Translations under genes and position numbers: made by a program
Origin: Eledone cirrhosa
Taxonomy: Eukaryota
DNA: 64,000 nt
NCBI GenBank assembly: GCA_964016885.1
Contig: OZ024740.1
Location: 355,508,001-355,572,000, forward strand
Direction of reading: 5' to 3'
Notes under the pieces: generated by a model
What the model was told of the DNA's origin: nothing
Database searches by the model: none
What the model saw: only the letters and a program-made list of their open reading frames with translations
Shown: piece after piece, positions 13,590 through 27,168 of the stretch
How the letters are laid out: the number at the start of each line of letters is the position of its first letter
Position numbering within the stretch: the first letter of the stretch is position 1

Positions 13590-13857
13590 ATTGCTCCAGT
13601 TTACTCAGCTGTTGAAATGAGGTTGGTGAAATGATGATATATATATCATCAAGGGTTGGATGGGAACTGATTCTGGGGCTTGATTTCTACAGCTGGATGC
13701 TCTTCCTAACACCAACCTCATTTCTACAGCTGAGTAAACTGGAGCAATGTGAAATAAAGTGTCTTGCTCAGGGAAACAACACATCACCCGGTCTGAGAAT
13801 TGAACTCACCTTTCGATTGCAAGGCCAATGCTCTAACCACTAAGCCATGTGCCTCCA
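13590..13857 (-). mobile_element. Rearranged copy of SINE family B
   Basis: Near-identical to 13005-13300 with an internal deletion. Confidence 0.7.
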
Positions 13858-13929
13858 TTTATATATATATATTTATATATATATTCACACATATATATAG
13901 ATACATATATTTGCATGAATGTGTGTATG

Positions 13930-14908
13930 TATATTCTGGTTGTATTATTTTATAAATTTTCACCAATAGAGAGAGCCAGTCTCTAACATTGGAATTTAGA
14001 CATGTGTATGTGTGTGCGTGTGTATGTATGTGTGTGTGTGTGTGCAGGCATGGATGTTATTGCATGTGTGGATCTGTATGTTTTGAATTATATGTGTAAC
14101 CAGGAATATGTTCCAGTATCTGTACATGTTTATATGCTATTATTACATCATCATCATCATCATCATCACCGTTTTACGTCCGTTCTTCCATGCTAGCATG
14201 GGTTAGACAGGTTGTCCTGTTGTGGGCAGTGTCTGGTTGGCTAACCATCCCTTGCTCATACAGGAACTGATTTGGCTTGATTTCTACAGCTGGATGCCCT
14301 TCCTAACACCAACCTCATTTACAGTGAGTGCTGGGTGCTTTTTCGTGGCGCCTACATGCGGAATTTATTACATGAGGGCGGTGTATTGGCAGTATTGGTA
14401 GAGGGTCAGACACCATGCTTTGCATGAAAGAGTTACGTCCCTTTATGGTCTGAGTTCAAATCCCGCTGAGGTTAACTTTGCCTTTCATCCATACGGGGTC
14501 AATAAAATAAAGCACCAGTAATAGACTGGGATAATTGCTGGCCTTGTGCTAAATGTAGAAACAATTATTACATGCGGAATTTCTTTTATGGACAGTACTT
14601 TCAACTTCCTAACTAGCCATGCCCCTTCTGGTTCTGTGAAGCCCAGCTTCTCAAAATTTGTACTGAGGCTGTTAGTAACATATGTCAGAGCCCCAATGAT
14701 CGCAGGTACAAAATCTAAAGGTATAGTGAAGGTGGAGTAGCCACATATTCCTTATTAGTTCAGCGTAAATGTTCTAATTTTTGCTATTCTTTAGCATTAT
14801 ACTGATATCTGCTAGGCAATTGATTTCCACTTCTGTGCATGTCTTCTTTTCTCTGTCCCATATCACTATATCTGATTTGTTATGTTTGCATTTTATTAGG
14901 GTTTTGAC
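13930..14908 (-). mobile_element. 5'-truncated older R4/Dong copy (RLE region plus 3' UTR) with two nested SINEs
   Basis: 14575-14908 aligns with 15200-15525; 13930-14145 resembles the 3' UTR; SINEs at 14146-14355 (minus) and 14376-14570 (plus, flanked by ttattacatg). Confidence 0.7.
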
Positions 14909-14945
14909 TGTATATATATATGTATGTGTATGCATATCTATGTAT

Positions 14946-16025
14946 GTTCTTCTGGTTTTATAATTTCACAAATTTTTATCAATAGAGAGAGAGTTGGTTT
15001 CTAACATAGACACAAGACTTTCACATTGGAATTTACACATCAACTAGGTAGATTATGTATGCATGTCTGCATGTGTAGATATGGATGTTATTGTATGTGT
15101 GGATGTTTTGAGTTGCATGTGTATATGCTTTGTATCTGTACATGTGTATATGCAGTTATTAGATGCAACATTTTTGGAATGTTTTACATATTTTTACTGT
15201 TCCATTAATGGATTATACTTGTAATTTCCTAACTAGTTGTGTTCTTTCTGTTCCTGTGAAGCCTAGCTTCTCAAGATGTGTATTAAGGCAGTTACTAACA
15301 TACCCCAGTGCTCCAATAATCACAGGCATAAATCTGAAGGTGTAATCAGGGTGGAGTATCTGCAGATTTCTCATCAGTTCTGCATAAATATTCTCTTTTT
15401 TGCTAATCTTTGATATTATATTGGCATCTGCTGGGAAGCTAATTTCTACTACTGTGCATACTTTCTTCTCCCTGTCCCATATCATAATCTCTGGTCTGTT
15501 ATGCCTGCATTTTATTGGGGTTTTTACCGGAACATTCCACCAGTACTCTTTTATATTATGTACATGGATGTCTTCCACATTGCTGTAGCTTTTAATGTGT
15601 TTATTATCGGGGCTATCTTTTTTACGAACTGCATTGTACAGTGTTTTGGCCATTACATCATGCCTCATAGGTAGATAGTACCTCAATGACATCTTTGGAC
15701 AGCTGCTGATGACATGGGTGATACTTCGATGTTAGTTCTGCAGAGTCTGCACTTGTTATCACATCTAGGTGTTTTGCTTGCATCCCTATCTCTTTTGTGA
15801 ATCAGGTATTTCGTGTTAATCTCCTGTTCTTGGATTGCAAAAGCGTATCCTTCAAAGTGGGAGCCAATATAGCGATTGTTGGCCCAAGATAGACTACTTT
15901 CCTTATCTATATTACTCTCACTCTGGAGCTTCCTGGCAACATATCCATGCATGATTTTTTGGTGATAAGCATGCAGTTTTTCATTAATGGATTCACTGCG
16001 ATACTGCTGAGTGTCTTCCCTGGGT
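14946..16025 (-). mobile_element. 5'-truncated R4/Dong copy: CCHC knuckle, restriction-like endonuclease and 3' UTR
   Basis: AIQEQEINTK, CRLC, YYLPMRHD, NRPEIMIWD...VVEISFP...KENIY, PVIIGALG; one frameshift and a nonsense codon; 15835-16024 is near-identical to 1-190. Confidence 0.92.
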
Positions 16026-16409
16026 ATGTATGTATGTTAGTATGTATGTATTTATGTATGCAAGTGTGTGTATGTATATATGTATGTATGCAAGCATGTT
16101 TGTATGTATAGGATTATATACACAAGCACGTGTGTGTGTGTGTGTGTGTGTGTAAGTATATATGTATATATACAATGATGATATGTGTGTGAATATATGG
16201 GCCTTTGGTTAAGCTGGGCCAATTTCCAACAAAATATCTCTATCACTCAATGACTGTAAGCATAAATCACTGAATATACAACTTAGAAGAAATATTATTT
16301 TTTGCCATTCTTAGCAGCAAAACATTAATTATTTCGTGAAAACTTTTGCCAACAGGTATGTTGGCATACTTTTAGTCCATATTTATTATTATTATTATAC
16401 TGTTTTTAC

Positions 16410-16722
16410 AGTCTTTTACGTTCTGAGTTCAAATCCTGCTGAGGTTAGCTTTGCTGTTCATCCTTACAGAATCGATAAAATAAAGTACCAATCATGTACC
16501 GGGGTCGATTTAATCGACTTTCCATCTCCTCCCAAATTGCTGGCCTTGTGCCTAAATCAGAAACCATGTTTTGCAGCATAGAGTTATGGCCTTTTATGTT
16601 CTGAATTCAAATCCCGCCGAGGTTAACTTTGCCTTTCATCCTTACGAGGTCGATAAAATAAAGCACCAGTAATACACTGGAGTAATCACTGGCGTTGTGC
16701 CAAAAGTAGAAACAATTATTAT
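16410..16722 (+). mobile_element. Two tandem partial SINE family A copies
   Basis: B box, body and tail occur twice; flanked by attattattatactgttt. Confidence 0.8.
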
Positions 16723-18367
16723 TATACTGTTTAGTTACATTTGACCCATTTTACTCCTCAGATTTGTCTTCATTCATCATGTCTGCCGAAGAAGTGCTCT
16801 GTAAAACACTGTGTAGCAAGAATTGTTACAAAGATATGAACAATTGTGTTGGAAACTGGCTGTATGCCATGAAGATTATCCTGGTAAACAGTTTCAGCAA
16901 TACCAGATGCAGTCATCTGATAGATATGGTCCATAACAAACTTTGTGTAGACTTCCTTTGCTGCCCTTAAGTTGACAGGGCTCAATCAAATTAGCTGGCA
17001 TATCAAAATTAAGGATAATATAGCTGAGTACACAAAGTATATATTTTTTATCAATAAATTGTGATGCATAGAGATAACATATATATATACATATAATGCA
17101 TATACAATTTGATGAACAAAAAGAGCACTAAATGCCAGTAAGGTAGAGTATAGATAATTTATTGCATATGTTTACATTTTATGTAATTTTGCCCTGTGCC
17201 TTAGGTTTTATGAATAATTCTAGTCATTCTTCCACAGCAGTTTGTGGGTGAGTAGATGTAGTGTGTGTACCACAGAGTAAATGTAATCTGTAAGCTATAG
17301 AGAAATTGAAGATCTTAATCCTGCCAGTTAACATCCCCAACATTAAGTAAGAAACTGTTTCCCCTTACATAAAATGCCCTTCAAACTACAAACCTTTAAG
17401 CACAACGCCATCAAACCCCAAATCCAACCCAATTGAGTTACAAGCACAGCCCATCTGATGAGCTTCAAAACAGTTTTTGTCTAACTAATTTCACTCACAA
17501 GTCATGGATCAACTCAATGCTTTGATAAATGATACTTTCTCAAGATGTTAAGTAGTGGGTTTGAAACTGAGACCTAATGATTATGAAGTAAACTCTTAAA
17601 CCATTTGGCCACACTGTGTCCACCTCTAAACAAGGCCCCTGTACTAAAAGGCATGTATTTACATAACCCACATAAGAACAAATTAATATTATAAAACAAA
17701 CATACTAAACACCTTCAAAAATATTTTGGGAGCTGGATTGCATACAATCCACATCACCAATTATAACAGCTGAAGAGATAAAGATATTAAATAAACATGC
17801 TGCCACCTCAAATCCTCAGAAACACATTCAAAAATATCCTAGGAAAAATTACCAAGGAAACAATTGCAACAGAACAGCCATAAAGAGAACAACACTGTAT
17901 AAATCGATATTGTGGTTGCCATTATTATTGTGGTGTACAGTTAATCCAGACTCAAACCTTTGCTTCTCTGTGCTGTGGATATGCATGGCTGAGGATAACT
18001 GTATCTATGAATCTACTAGTTATGATGTGTGAATAGGATACTCACTAATTGTCATTTCAACCCTGTGTTTCATCATCACCGTTTTATGTCCATTCTTCTA
18101 CGCTGACATGGATTAGACAAGTTGTCCTGTTGTGGGCAATGATTCTGGGTTGATTTCTACAGCTGGATGTCCTTCCTAACACCGACCTCATTTACAGTGA
18201 GTACTGGGTGCTTTTTACCATGGCACCTACACGACCACCTTACAGTGTGAACTGGGTGCTTTTTTCTTGTGACACCTAAATGATCACTTTACAGTGGGAG
18301 GGGTGGGGGCATACTGTCTATATGCTTCAGTTTTGGCTCATTTTACATTTCATTATTTTTATTTCCA

Positions 18368-18587
18368 GGGTAGTGGATTGGCATTATCAGTAGAGCACTA
18401 GACACCATACTTTGCAGAATAGAGTTATGGCCCTTTACGTTCAGAGTTCAAATCATGCTGAAGTTAGCTTTGCATTTTATCCTAATGGGGTCAATGATAT
18501 AAAGCATCAGTAATGCACTGGAGTCGATTTAATCAACTTTCCTCTCCCCCAAATTGCTGGCCTTGTGTCTAAAGTAGAAACAATTAT
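18368..18587 (+). mobile_element. SINE family A (diverged)
   Basis: Head, body and tail recognisable. Confidence 0.75.
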
Positions 18588-19859
18588 TTTTATTTCATCT
18601 AGGGCAGTGTTTTGTAAGAGATATTAAAATATCAAATGTTTAGAAGTAAATTTTCCTGCTTTTTATGTTCTGAATTTAAATCCTGCTAAGATCAACCTTG
18701 CCTATTATTTTTTCAAAGTCAATAAAATATAGTATCAGTAAAATATTGGTGTCAGTATAATCAATTTTTTTCCTTTCAGCCTTCACAGGTTTTTTGCTGT
18801 CAAGGCTCATGTTTCACTATCATGTAGCATTGCGCTATGCACCTATGTGGCATCAGAAGCCTACCTTTCACTGTGAGAAGCCCTTTGTTCTCAGCAGAGG
18901 TACCAGCCCTCTAAACTTCCTCCAGCCTGTCTTACTCTGGCTATCACTTTCAGAATATCTTCTCCCACTGCTAATTTGGCCACCTAGGTAACATAAGCTC
19001 TCAACATTGCAGGAGCCTCATTGGCAACTGAATCTATTTATTTCACATGTGCTCTTAGTGCTTACTTCGCCTGTGCATCTGCAACATACAAAATCTATCT
19101 TCTCTGTTCACCTGCACAATGTACACGTACATATATAATGGATAGATAAGGAAGAGGAAGAAATTTAACGTATTTTATTTGTCTAACTTGTTTCAACAGG
19201 AAAGAGACGAAAAAAGATGAAAACAATTAAAGGTGAAAATTTGCTCAAGCTCCAATACTTATATACAGAGATGTGTCTATATAAGAATCTGCTTATCTTC
19301 TTTCGCCTGAACTTTTATCCTTATTTTATATACATGATCACATTCATATGTATATTTCTATTTCTATAAATATACATGGTTTTGTGGTATACATACAGAC
19401 ATATTTGAAAGTCAACATCCTTTAAATGCGTGCAATAGGAACGAAACTAGAAATTATTCAACCATCATATATAGATTTTCTGAAACGATGCAAAAACACT
19501 GAAATAACTTCTTGCTTCTTTCCCACTTCATTTCAAGGAAGTCTAATAAATGAAAGGAATTACAATTGATGAATGCTAAAAATGTCAAATATTTGTAATA
19601 AAATGAGGCTAAATATTGTTAGACATGAACATGATTACCATTGTGAAATATAATAATAATAATTCTAATAAAAAGAAAAGATTGAGATGTATTTGCTTTT
19701 GACCAAAGAATAGAGTGAAAGAATAAATGGGAGCTTTTGGTGAGGGAAGTAACCAAAACATCTGTTGAAAAGATTAAAAGATAGTTGAGTAGCAGAAAAA
19801 TATTACTTTCCATCCTTGGAAGAAACCTTAGAATATTTATTCATTTATGGTTAAGACAA

Positions 19860-20260
19860 AGATAACAATGACAATATGAAAATCTACTCACAACAGAATG
19901 GAGATTTACTAAAGGAACTGATATGAGAGTTAGATTAGAAAAATGTGCCAAGGCAACCACTAAGAGTGAGAAATGAATTAAGGAGACTAACATCATTCTC
20001 AATAAAGGAAGAGAGATAAGAGGTTTGCACCAAACAGATATACAAATGCTTAGGAATTAATGAATTTAACAGTGAGCAATACACAAAAGAAGGAAAAGTT
20101 TAGGAAGGAACATTATAGAAGCAATTAAATTAATATTTAAAACCAAGCTAAAAACAAGTAAAGTAATAAGCATCAATACTCTAGCTGTCCCAGTAATAAA
20201 TTACAATGCAAAATGAATCAGAAAAATATTGACTGCCAAAAATCTGACAGAGAAATTATT
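19860..20260 (+). mobile_element. Highly decayed R4-like RT/thumb fragment
   Basis: Interrupted translation gives LEKCAK, YKCLGINE, KLIFKTKL and INTLAVPVINY. Confidence 0.6.
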
Positions 20261-20747
20261 TAGCGCCATGGAAAAAAGCAGCCAGACGATGCTGAAAGCT
20301 GGTTATGCAAATGTTATGATAAAAAGAAACCATTGGATCTAGTAAGGTGGTCATGCTGGTGCCACAAAAAAACCTGGTATTAGGAGGGGTATCTAACTAG
20401 AGAAACCCAAGTCAAAAGCAGAATATATAAGCAAAACATGGCCGCCTGACCTTTCTAGCCTCATAATATAACCTGTCTAAAACAAGAAATTATCAAAATA
20501 TAAAGATGTAGAAATAAAGATAACCAGAATGTTGGGACTGAAAATAAACAATCCTCATGATAATTGGCGTCTTGAAAATAACTAAAAATTCAGAACTTAC
20601 AAATATACATGAAAAAAAAAAAAAGCACTTCAAGGAATTGCATACAAAACAAACAGAGCAGCTTCAATACAATAGAAACATAATACTATACCTACCCAAA
20701 GTACACAGAGCTGCACTCAGTAATGCAGTGAAAATCCACAATAGTAA

Positions 20748-21330
20748 TAATTGTTTCTATTTTTGGCACAAGGTCAGCAATTTGAAGAGAAGGAAAGTTG
20801 ATTAACTCAATTCCAGTGCATTATTGTTACTTTATTTTATAGACCCTGTAAGGATTTGAACTCAGAATGTAAATGGCCGTAACTATATGCCACAAAGCAT
20901 GTTGTCCACTGCTCTACTGATATGGTTAGTCCATCATGCTAATAATAGTTTCTGATTTAGGCACAAGGCCAACAATTTTTGGAGAGAGGCATAAGTTGAT
21001 TAAATCGACCTCAGTAAATTACATTACTGGTGCTTTATTTTATTGACCCCATAAGTATGAAAGGCAAAGCTAACTGTGGCAGGATTTGAACTCAGAATGT
21101 AACAAGCCCTAACTCTATGCCACAAAGCATGTGTCCGATGCTTTATTGATACTACCAACCCACCACCCTAATAACAATTGTTTCCGATTTAGGCACAAGG
21201 CCAACAATTTCGGGGGAAGAGAAAGTCAATTAAATTGACCCCAGTGCATTACTGGTACTTTATTTTATTGACCCTGTAAGGATGAAAGGTGAAGTTGACT
21301 TCGGCAGGATCTGAACACAGGACAAAAATA
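20748..21330 (-). mobile_element. Three head-to-tail SINE family A copies
   Basis: Tail motif tttc...ttggcacaaggcca/tca at about 20750, 20950 and 21180, with TAA-rich spacers. Confidence 0.82.
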
Positions 21331-22355
21331 TTTGTAACTAAATATCACAAATCTTGCCTTCTGTCACCAAAAAAGCAGCAATGCTTCTGCCAAGTGTTGT
21401 GATCGACATGTAGTATCAGCAATGGAATATATATATATGTTGGAGCCATATTCGTTTTGAAAATGACTTGATCTGAAACCCTGTATTGAATCTAAAGCTA
21501 TTACACTGTAGAAGAGTCATGTTAGCCATTAAAAAACAGTTAAATTCACTTTACATTTATTTATTTCAGGTCAAAATCTTTATTGTACTGTTTGTGACTT
21601 CGTCTCTGACACAGTTCCACTGCAAACAGATGGCAAACAGTTTCAAAGTACTGTAAAAAAATAACTTTGGTAATAAAACTTATATTGGCATAACTGTGAA
21701 TACTTTCAAACACAAACATAAGCCAACAAGAATACTAATTCCAGTGGAAGAGCCTAGCGAGGGTTGCACCATATATATGTAACAGAAGGCCATGTGACCT
21801 ATCTACAGAAAAAGCATAAAAATTATTTCACTTGCAGCATAAGAGAAAGCAACAACATGAAGGCACAAAATATGCATTATTACATACCCCTGTTGAAGCT
21901 GAATGGATCTGACCAACATAGTGATTTGGTGTCTAATATCTTGACACTAGCTTATATCACACTTGGAACCCTGCTGTGGAGATTGAATACATAACCACGA
22001 CCTGTTGAGTTGGAGAATTAATAATATATACCTATTTTGTTTCGCACCCCTAAACTTGCACTATAGACCCACTACCACCACCAGCATTGAATCAACTACT
22101 ATTACTACTACTCTAGGTCAATATTTTGTCTGTTTTCACCAACTTCAATATCTACATGAAGGCGATGCCAAAATATCTGAAGTGATGCTTTACAGTTTAG
22201 AAGCAATTTTACAAAATATTTTTAGTACTCAGTCTTTTTGTTTCCATTTCTCACAGTATGTGAGTGACCAGTTCTCTAATTAATTTTCATTTGATTTGTA
22301 TTTATGCAGAGGCTCTGTTATTGTTGATTTGCTCCAGAAGTTGCACATACTTATA

Positions 22356-22543
22356 TAATTGTTTCTACTTTAGGCACAAGGTCAGCAATTACCCAGTGCA
22401 TTACTGGTACTTTATTTTATCGACCCCGTAAGGATGAAAGGCAAAGTCAACCTCGGCGGGATTTGAACGCAGATTGTAAAGGGACGTAACTATGCTGTAA
22501 AGCATGGCGTCCGACCCTCTACCGATACTGCCAATCTACCGCC
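22356..22543 (-). mobile_element. Young SINE family A with TSD cttatataat
   Basis: Full head to tail; the TSD is visible on both sides. Confidence 0.9.
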
Positions 22544-23249
22544 CTTATATAATACTAATTACATAGACACTTATATAATACTAATTACATAGACACCATG
22601 TGGTAATGTGTCAAGATTTGATACTATTTATTGTTTTAAGTCATTGCAGGTACATAAGCTTGCTGATAAAGTGCAGATTACACTGAGCTTTATTATTTAA
22701 AAGGTAAACTGCAATTATTTCTTAGACAGGATTTCATTTAACATACATATCAAATGAATTGTATTTTGTAAAAATATTTGCATCATTATTCGTATATGTC
22801 ATCATCATCATCACCATTTATCATCCATGTTTACATAGGTTAGACGGGTCGTCCACATCGAGAGAAGTCTGGCCAGAATTGGCCATGCCATACCTTGCTC
22901 TGACGAGACTGTAAATTTGGCCGGGGATTTTACAGCTGGTTGCTCTTCCTAACATCAAGCACATTTACAGTGTGGGAATGGATGACAACGTTATGAGGAC
23001 GAACAGACCATTTGGCCATGCTGAACTCATCTCACAGCATAACCAATTGTTTTCAAGTCCATAACTGGATGTACATATATTCAGATCTAGCTATCGAAAT
23101 GGACGGGGCTCAGTCGTCGGGGTCCTGACTCTTTTCATATATATGTAGGTTATTGTGTGAGTAAATTGTGGTTATTAGCAACGATGCTGGTTGAAGCACT
23201 CAATGCTGTTATGGGGTCAGTCTCTCATTGGGTTGTTGTCTAGTAAAAG

Positions 23250-23479
23250 GAAATAAACACAAATTCTAGAAGCTTGTTGAAACCTTATAAAACATGAAAT
23301 ATTTTTTTAAAAAAATCATTATTTAATGGAGTTCTGAAACAAAACTATACTCTAGACAACACTTTAAACATTTTTTAGATATTATACACAAGATTTGGAT
23401 TTTTGCCCATTTCTCAGACAGAAAATAGAAGAGTTAGCTTATGTTCAGATCAGCTTATACATGAATATATATATGGTAA
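23250..23479. mobile_element. Fragment of the Tigger-like family of 8558-9735
   Basis: ttttgcccatttctcagaca...ttcagatcagcttatacatgaatatatatatggta matches 9660-9735. Confidence 0.55.
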
Positions 23480-24603
23480 GTCAATATCTTTAACATTCAT
23501 AACACATACTGATAATGTACCACTGGCCTATCCAACTATATTTACGTATTGACTTTTATATATATTTTCTCATTGACTATATATATATATATATATATTA
23601 TGGTAATTTTGTGTTAATCAATTTGTTATAAGTTTTCAGGTTGCAGGTATTGATCTATAAACAAATATGTAAGCAAGATTGAGCACTCAATATTGTATAG
23701 CTTCCCTGTTATGTCAGTTGGGCCGAGAAGAAACAACACCTTAAATCTGCCAGCTGGTATATCACATAAGATCTTACATCACTAATGTTTATACAAGTCA
23801 GAACTGTCTAAAATGATCATATCTGAGGATTACATAACAGATACCATTGAAATACGTATAACAGAGATTACATAATAAATTGTATGTGGTGATATTCTAA
23901 CCTACTGACTTCTAATTTATTACTATATATATAATTTATTAGTTGTCAGTTGAGTGATATATTTGTAGGGTTTCTGTAAATCTTTATTTTCCTACATTTT
24001 AGGAATCAAACAGATTACATTAAATTTTATTAATTAATTACATAGTCAAATGCTTGATCATGAGGAAAATGGATGACGATATCCATTAATTACACATACC
24101 TAATCAACATTATCAACTCAAAAGCAATACACAAATGACAAGATTAATCAACTTTATGGAATAAATCCAGGTTATTGTAATTATAATAAATGCAACAAAA
24201 GAAATATATCTAAGCCATGGTGTGTGGATACATGTATCTATATAGATTATGTGTATATGTGTGAAAGTGAATGCATATTTTATGGAACTATATGTACATC
24301 AAACAAGACAGAATTAGGTTTAAGCCCTATGTGAGATTAGATAAAGGTAAATTATACTCATGCATTTCATTTTAATGTTTTCTATGACTTCATGCCCTTC
24401 CTAATGCCAACCACTTTACAGTGTATCCTGGGTATATTTTGTGACACCAGCACTAATACTTTACATAATTGACTGGGTACATTTTATCATTACCACTTTA
24501 TAGAGTAGACAGGGGGTATTTTATTAAATAATAACCTCTAGTTCTGTTGTCTCAAATTGGTGCTTATAATATTTACTATCATTTAAATGAAGATCTGATC
24601 AAA

Positions 24604-25413
24604 TACTGTATAGACTCGAATATATGCCCAAGAAATTGGCAAAAATCCAAACCCTGTTTATAAGCTGAGGCAGCTAATCAACACATTGTTTAGATGGTGT
24701 GGTCATGAAATTTTCACAAGTATAAAATACATTTATGAAATTTTAATATTATAATGTTTAAACTGTTTTAATTGTCGTTTAGATATAGTTTTTGTTTGAC
24801 AACTCAATTATGCAATGAGTTTCCATTATGTTAAGTTTTAACAAGCTTCTCAAATTTTTGTTTATTTCTGGCCACGCATATGCTAGGAATAGTTGAAAGC
24901 AAAAGATTGAATAAGAAAACTTTGTATAGGGATTCATAGAGTAGAAGAGGGAGGGAGAGACAGCAAGTGAGAGTGAAGAGAGGGAGGGGGGGGGGGGGGC
25001 AGAGCGAGAAAAAGAGAGGGTGAAAGTGAGAACAAAATAAAATCAGAAATGAGATTGAAAGAAAAAATATTGTCAGAGTAAAATATGTATGTGTGTGCAC
25101 GTGTATATATATGTGCTTGTGTGTTTGTGCACAAGTGCATTCATAAGAGATATTTATGTATTAAAAAGATCAAATTACAAAAGTTTGTTGGAAATACTTT
25201 CAAGGGAATGCATAACTAACACCAAAAACGATGTAGTTAATGTAGAAAAACAATGTTTAATTGTAAAATAAGCACTCCAGATATTTTAGCACCTTATTTA
25301 CATAGAATTTAAAGTTGGTGAAAACCGTTAAAATATTGACCCTAAATATAAGCCGACCCTCCATTTTACTATCAATTTTTTGGTCACATATTACTTGGTG
25401 GGTGTGTACAGTA
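24604..25413. mobile_element. Tc1/pogo (Tigger-like) non-autonomous element
   Basis: Termini tactgtatagactcgaatata and gtgtacagta; opposite orientation to 8558-9735. Confidence 0.6.
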
Positions 25414-25869
25414 ATTTACAGTTCCAAATTAATAGCTTACATGTATAATTTACAGAGATAGTAGAGGAGACAAAGACTGTTGATTTTAACACCATGTCAG
25501 CATGGTCATTTAATTATTAGAGTCACAGTGGCACTGTTGTGGGCATTTATAACTAGATGAATTCATCCCTGTCTAGGTCTGAAAATAGTTGCTTTCTTCC
25601 AGTGAGATAGAGATAGGAAGAGATACAGAGGAAGAATTAACCCCAGTACTGGAATAATATTTTATTTATCAACCTCAAAAGGTGTTATTTGAACTTAGAA
25701 TTGAGGGAAACAGAATCAATAGAGCAAAGCATTCTAACCAATGTTCTAATGACTCCATCAATTCATTGACATTGTAACACTACAGAGCATTTAAATAATT
25801 AAGATTCAATAGCAATATTTAAAAAAAAAAAAGGAAAATAATGATAACAATAATAATTTCTTTATTTGC

Positions 25870-27168
25870 CAGTATGGCCTCAACACCCCACTTGCCGATT
25901 TTGCAATGGGTAACCCCTGCTTGCCAAGGAAGACGTAAGATCTTCTTTGTATTCTTTTATCGCTTCCTTTATTTCCTTCCCCCCTCTCTCCTTAGTCCTT
26001 CTACCCCAGCTTTTCTCCTTTGTCGGCGTCTTTTCTCGCCCACCCGAGGCTGCCCTTTGGCCCCATGTAGCCTTAGTACCCCCACCACCCCCTCCCCTAG
26101 TCTATGATAGATTTGGCGGACTCCGCCCTTTATAGCAGTTGGCTTAGACCCCGGATACTTGCCCCCTTTTTCCGACCGCTCCCACTATTCTCTGTGCCCT
26201 CTATATTTCTTAGTGGCACTTATGCCTTATTTTTTCGTTTCAGTATTTCTTTCTTCGCTTTTCTTCTGGGCGGGGTGGATTCTGAATTTATTTCTCCGTA
26301 TTCTACCTTTATTTCGTACAAACTTTCATGTAGCTTGTTTTAGATCTTTTAGAGTTAGCATTAGTATATATTTTTCTCGGGACTCAGAATTATTATCTCG
26401 TACAAGTTCACTTTGCTGCACTGGGTCGTTGCTGGCCCGGGATGGAAACCTTTATTGTTTATTTTGTGGTAGTCTCTTTAGTATTTTGGCCCCTTTTGTT
26501 GACCCGTCACCGTATCATTTACGTACTTATACCTCTTAAAAGGGTCCTTGCCTATTCCGTCCCACCTAGTTCTTTTACTTATTTCGTTATTTCTTTATTT
26601 ATTTATTTCTTTACTTCTTTCTTTCTTTCTTTATTTTATTCTAGCCTAACAATAGCCTGAGACCTAGGTCGTAGAATTTAATTTACTTTACTTTTTTCTT
26701 TACACTTATTTGCTTTTCTTCACTCTCAGTATTTTTTCTTTCCTATATATTTCTACCCCCCATTGTTCTACCTACCGTTCCGACTTCCTCCCCCTCCCCT
26801 TCCCCTGTATCTTCTTTGACCTCATGCCCAGCTGTAGCTGGCACTACCAACGCTTGATTGGGTCTACTCCACCCCCTCCCCTCTTTCTCCTACTGGCAGG
26901 TTTAGCCACCATCTCCCCTACTAATTTGCAACTACAGAATTACTACTGATTTTTGACAATCACTTTGACCATATATGGAATTACCCCTTGAGAAGATCGG
27001 CTATTTAAATACCAGGATAAATTTTCATTTAGTCCAGAATTAGCCGTCGAAATGTCTTGAGCTCAGCTGTCGGGGTCTTACTGGTTCCTATTACCCACTC
27101 TACTACCTCAAGTATTGAGTACTTTGGTGCGTTATGGTCCACCTGGTTCCTTACCACATTTCCTTTGT
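25870..27168 (+). mobile_element. Pyrimidine-rich putative Penelope-type terminal-repeat fragment carrying a hammerhead
   Basis: Composition differs from the flanks; hammerhead fold near the 3' end; ends in (TA)n. Confidence 0.45.
26983..27076 (+). ncRNA. Type I hammerhead ribozyme-like fold, U3-A8 variant
   Basis: Stem I acccc/ggggt; core TTGAGAA; stem II gatcggcta/tagccgtc with a long loop; GAAA at 27049; palindrome tgagctca in loop III; GTC site at 27069-27071. Confidence 0.6.

Noticed and set aside
25841-26949. Cluster of hydrophobic plus-strand ORFs
   Set aside because: Products of a pyrimidine-rich repeat, with similar ORFs in all frames and no domain.
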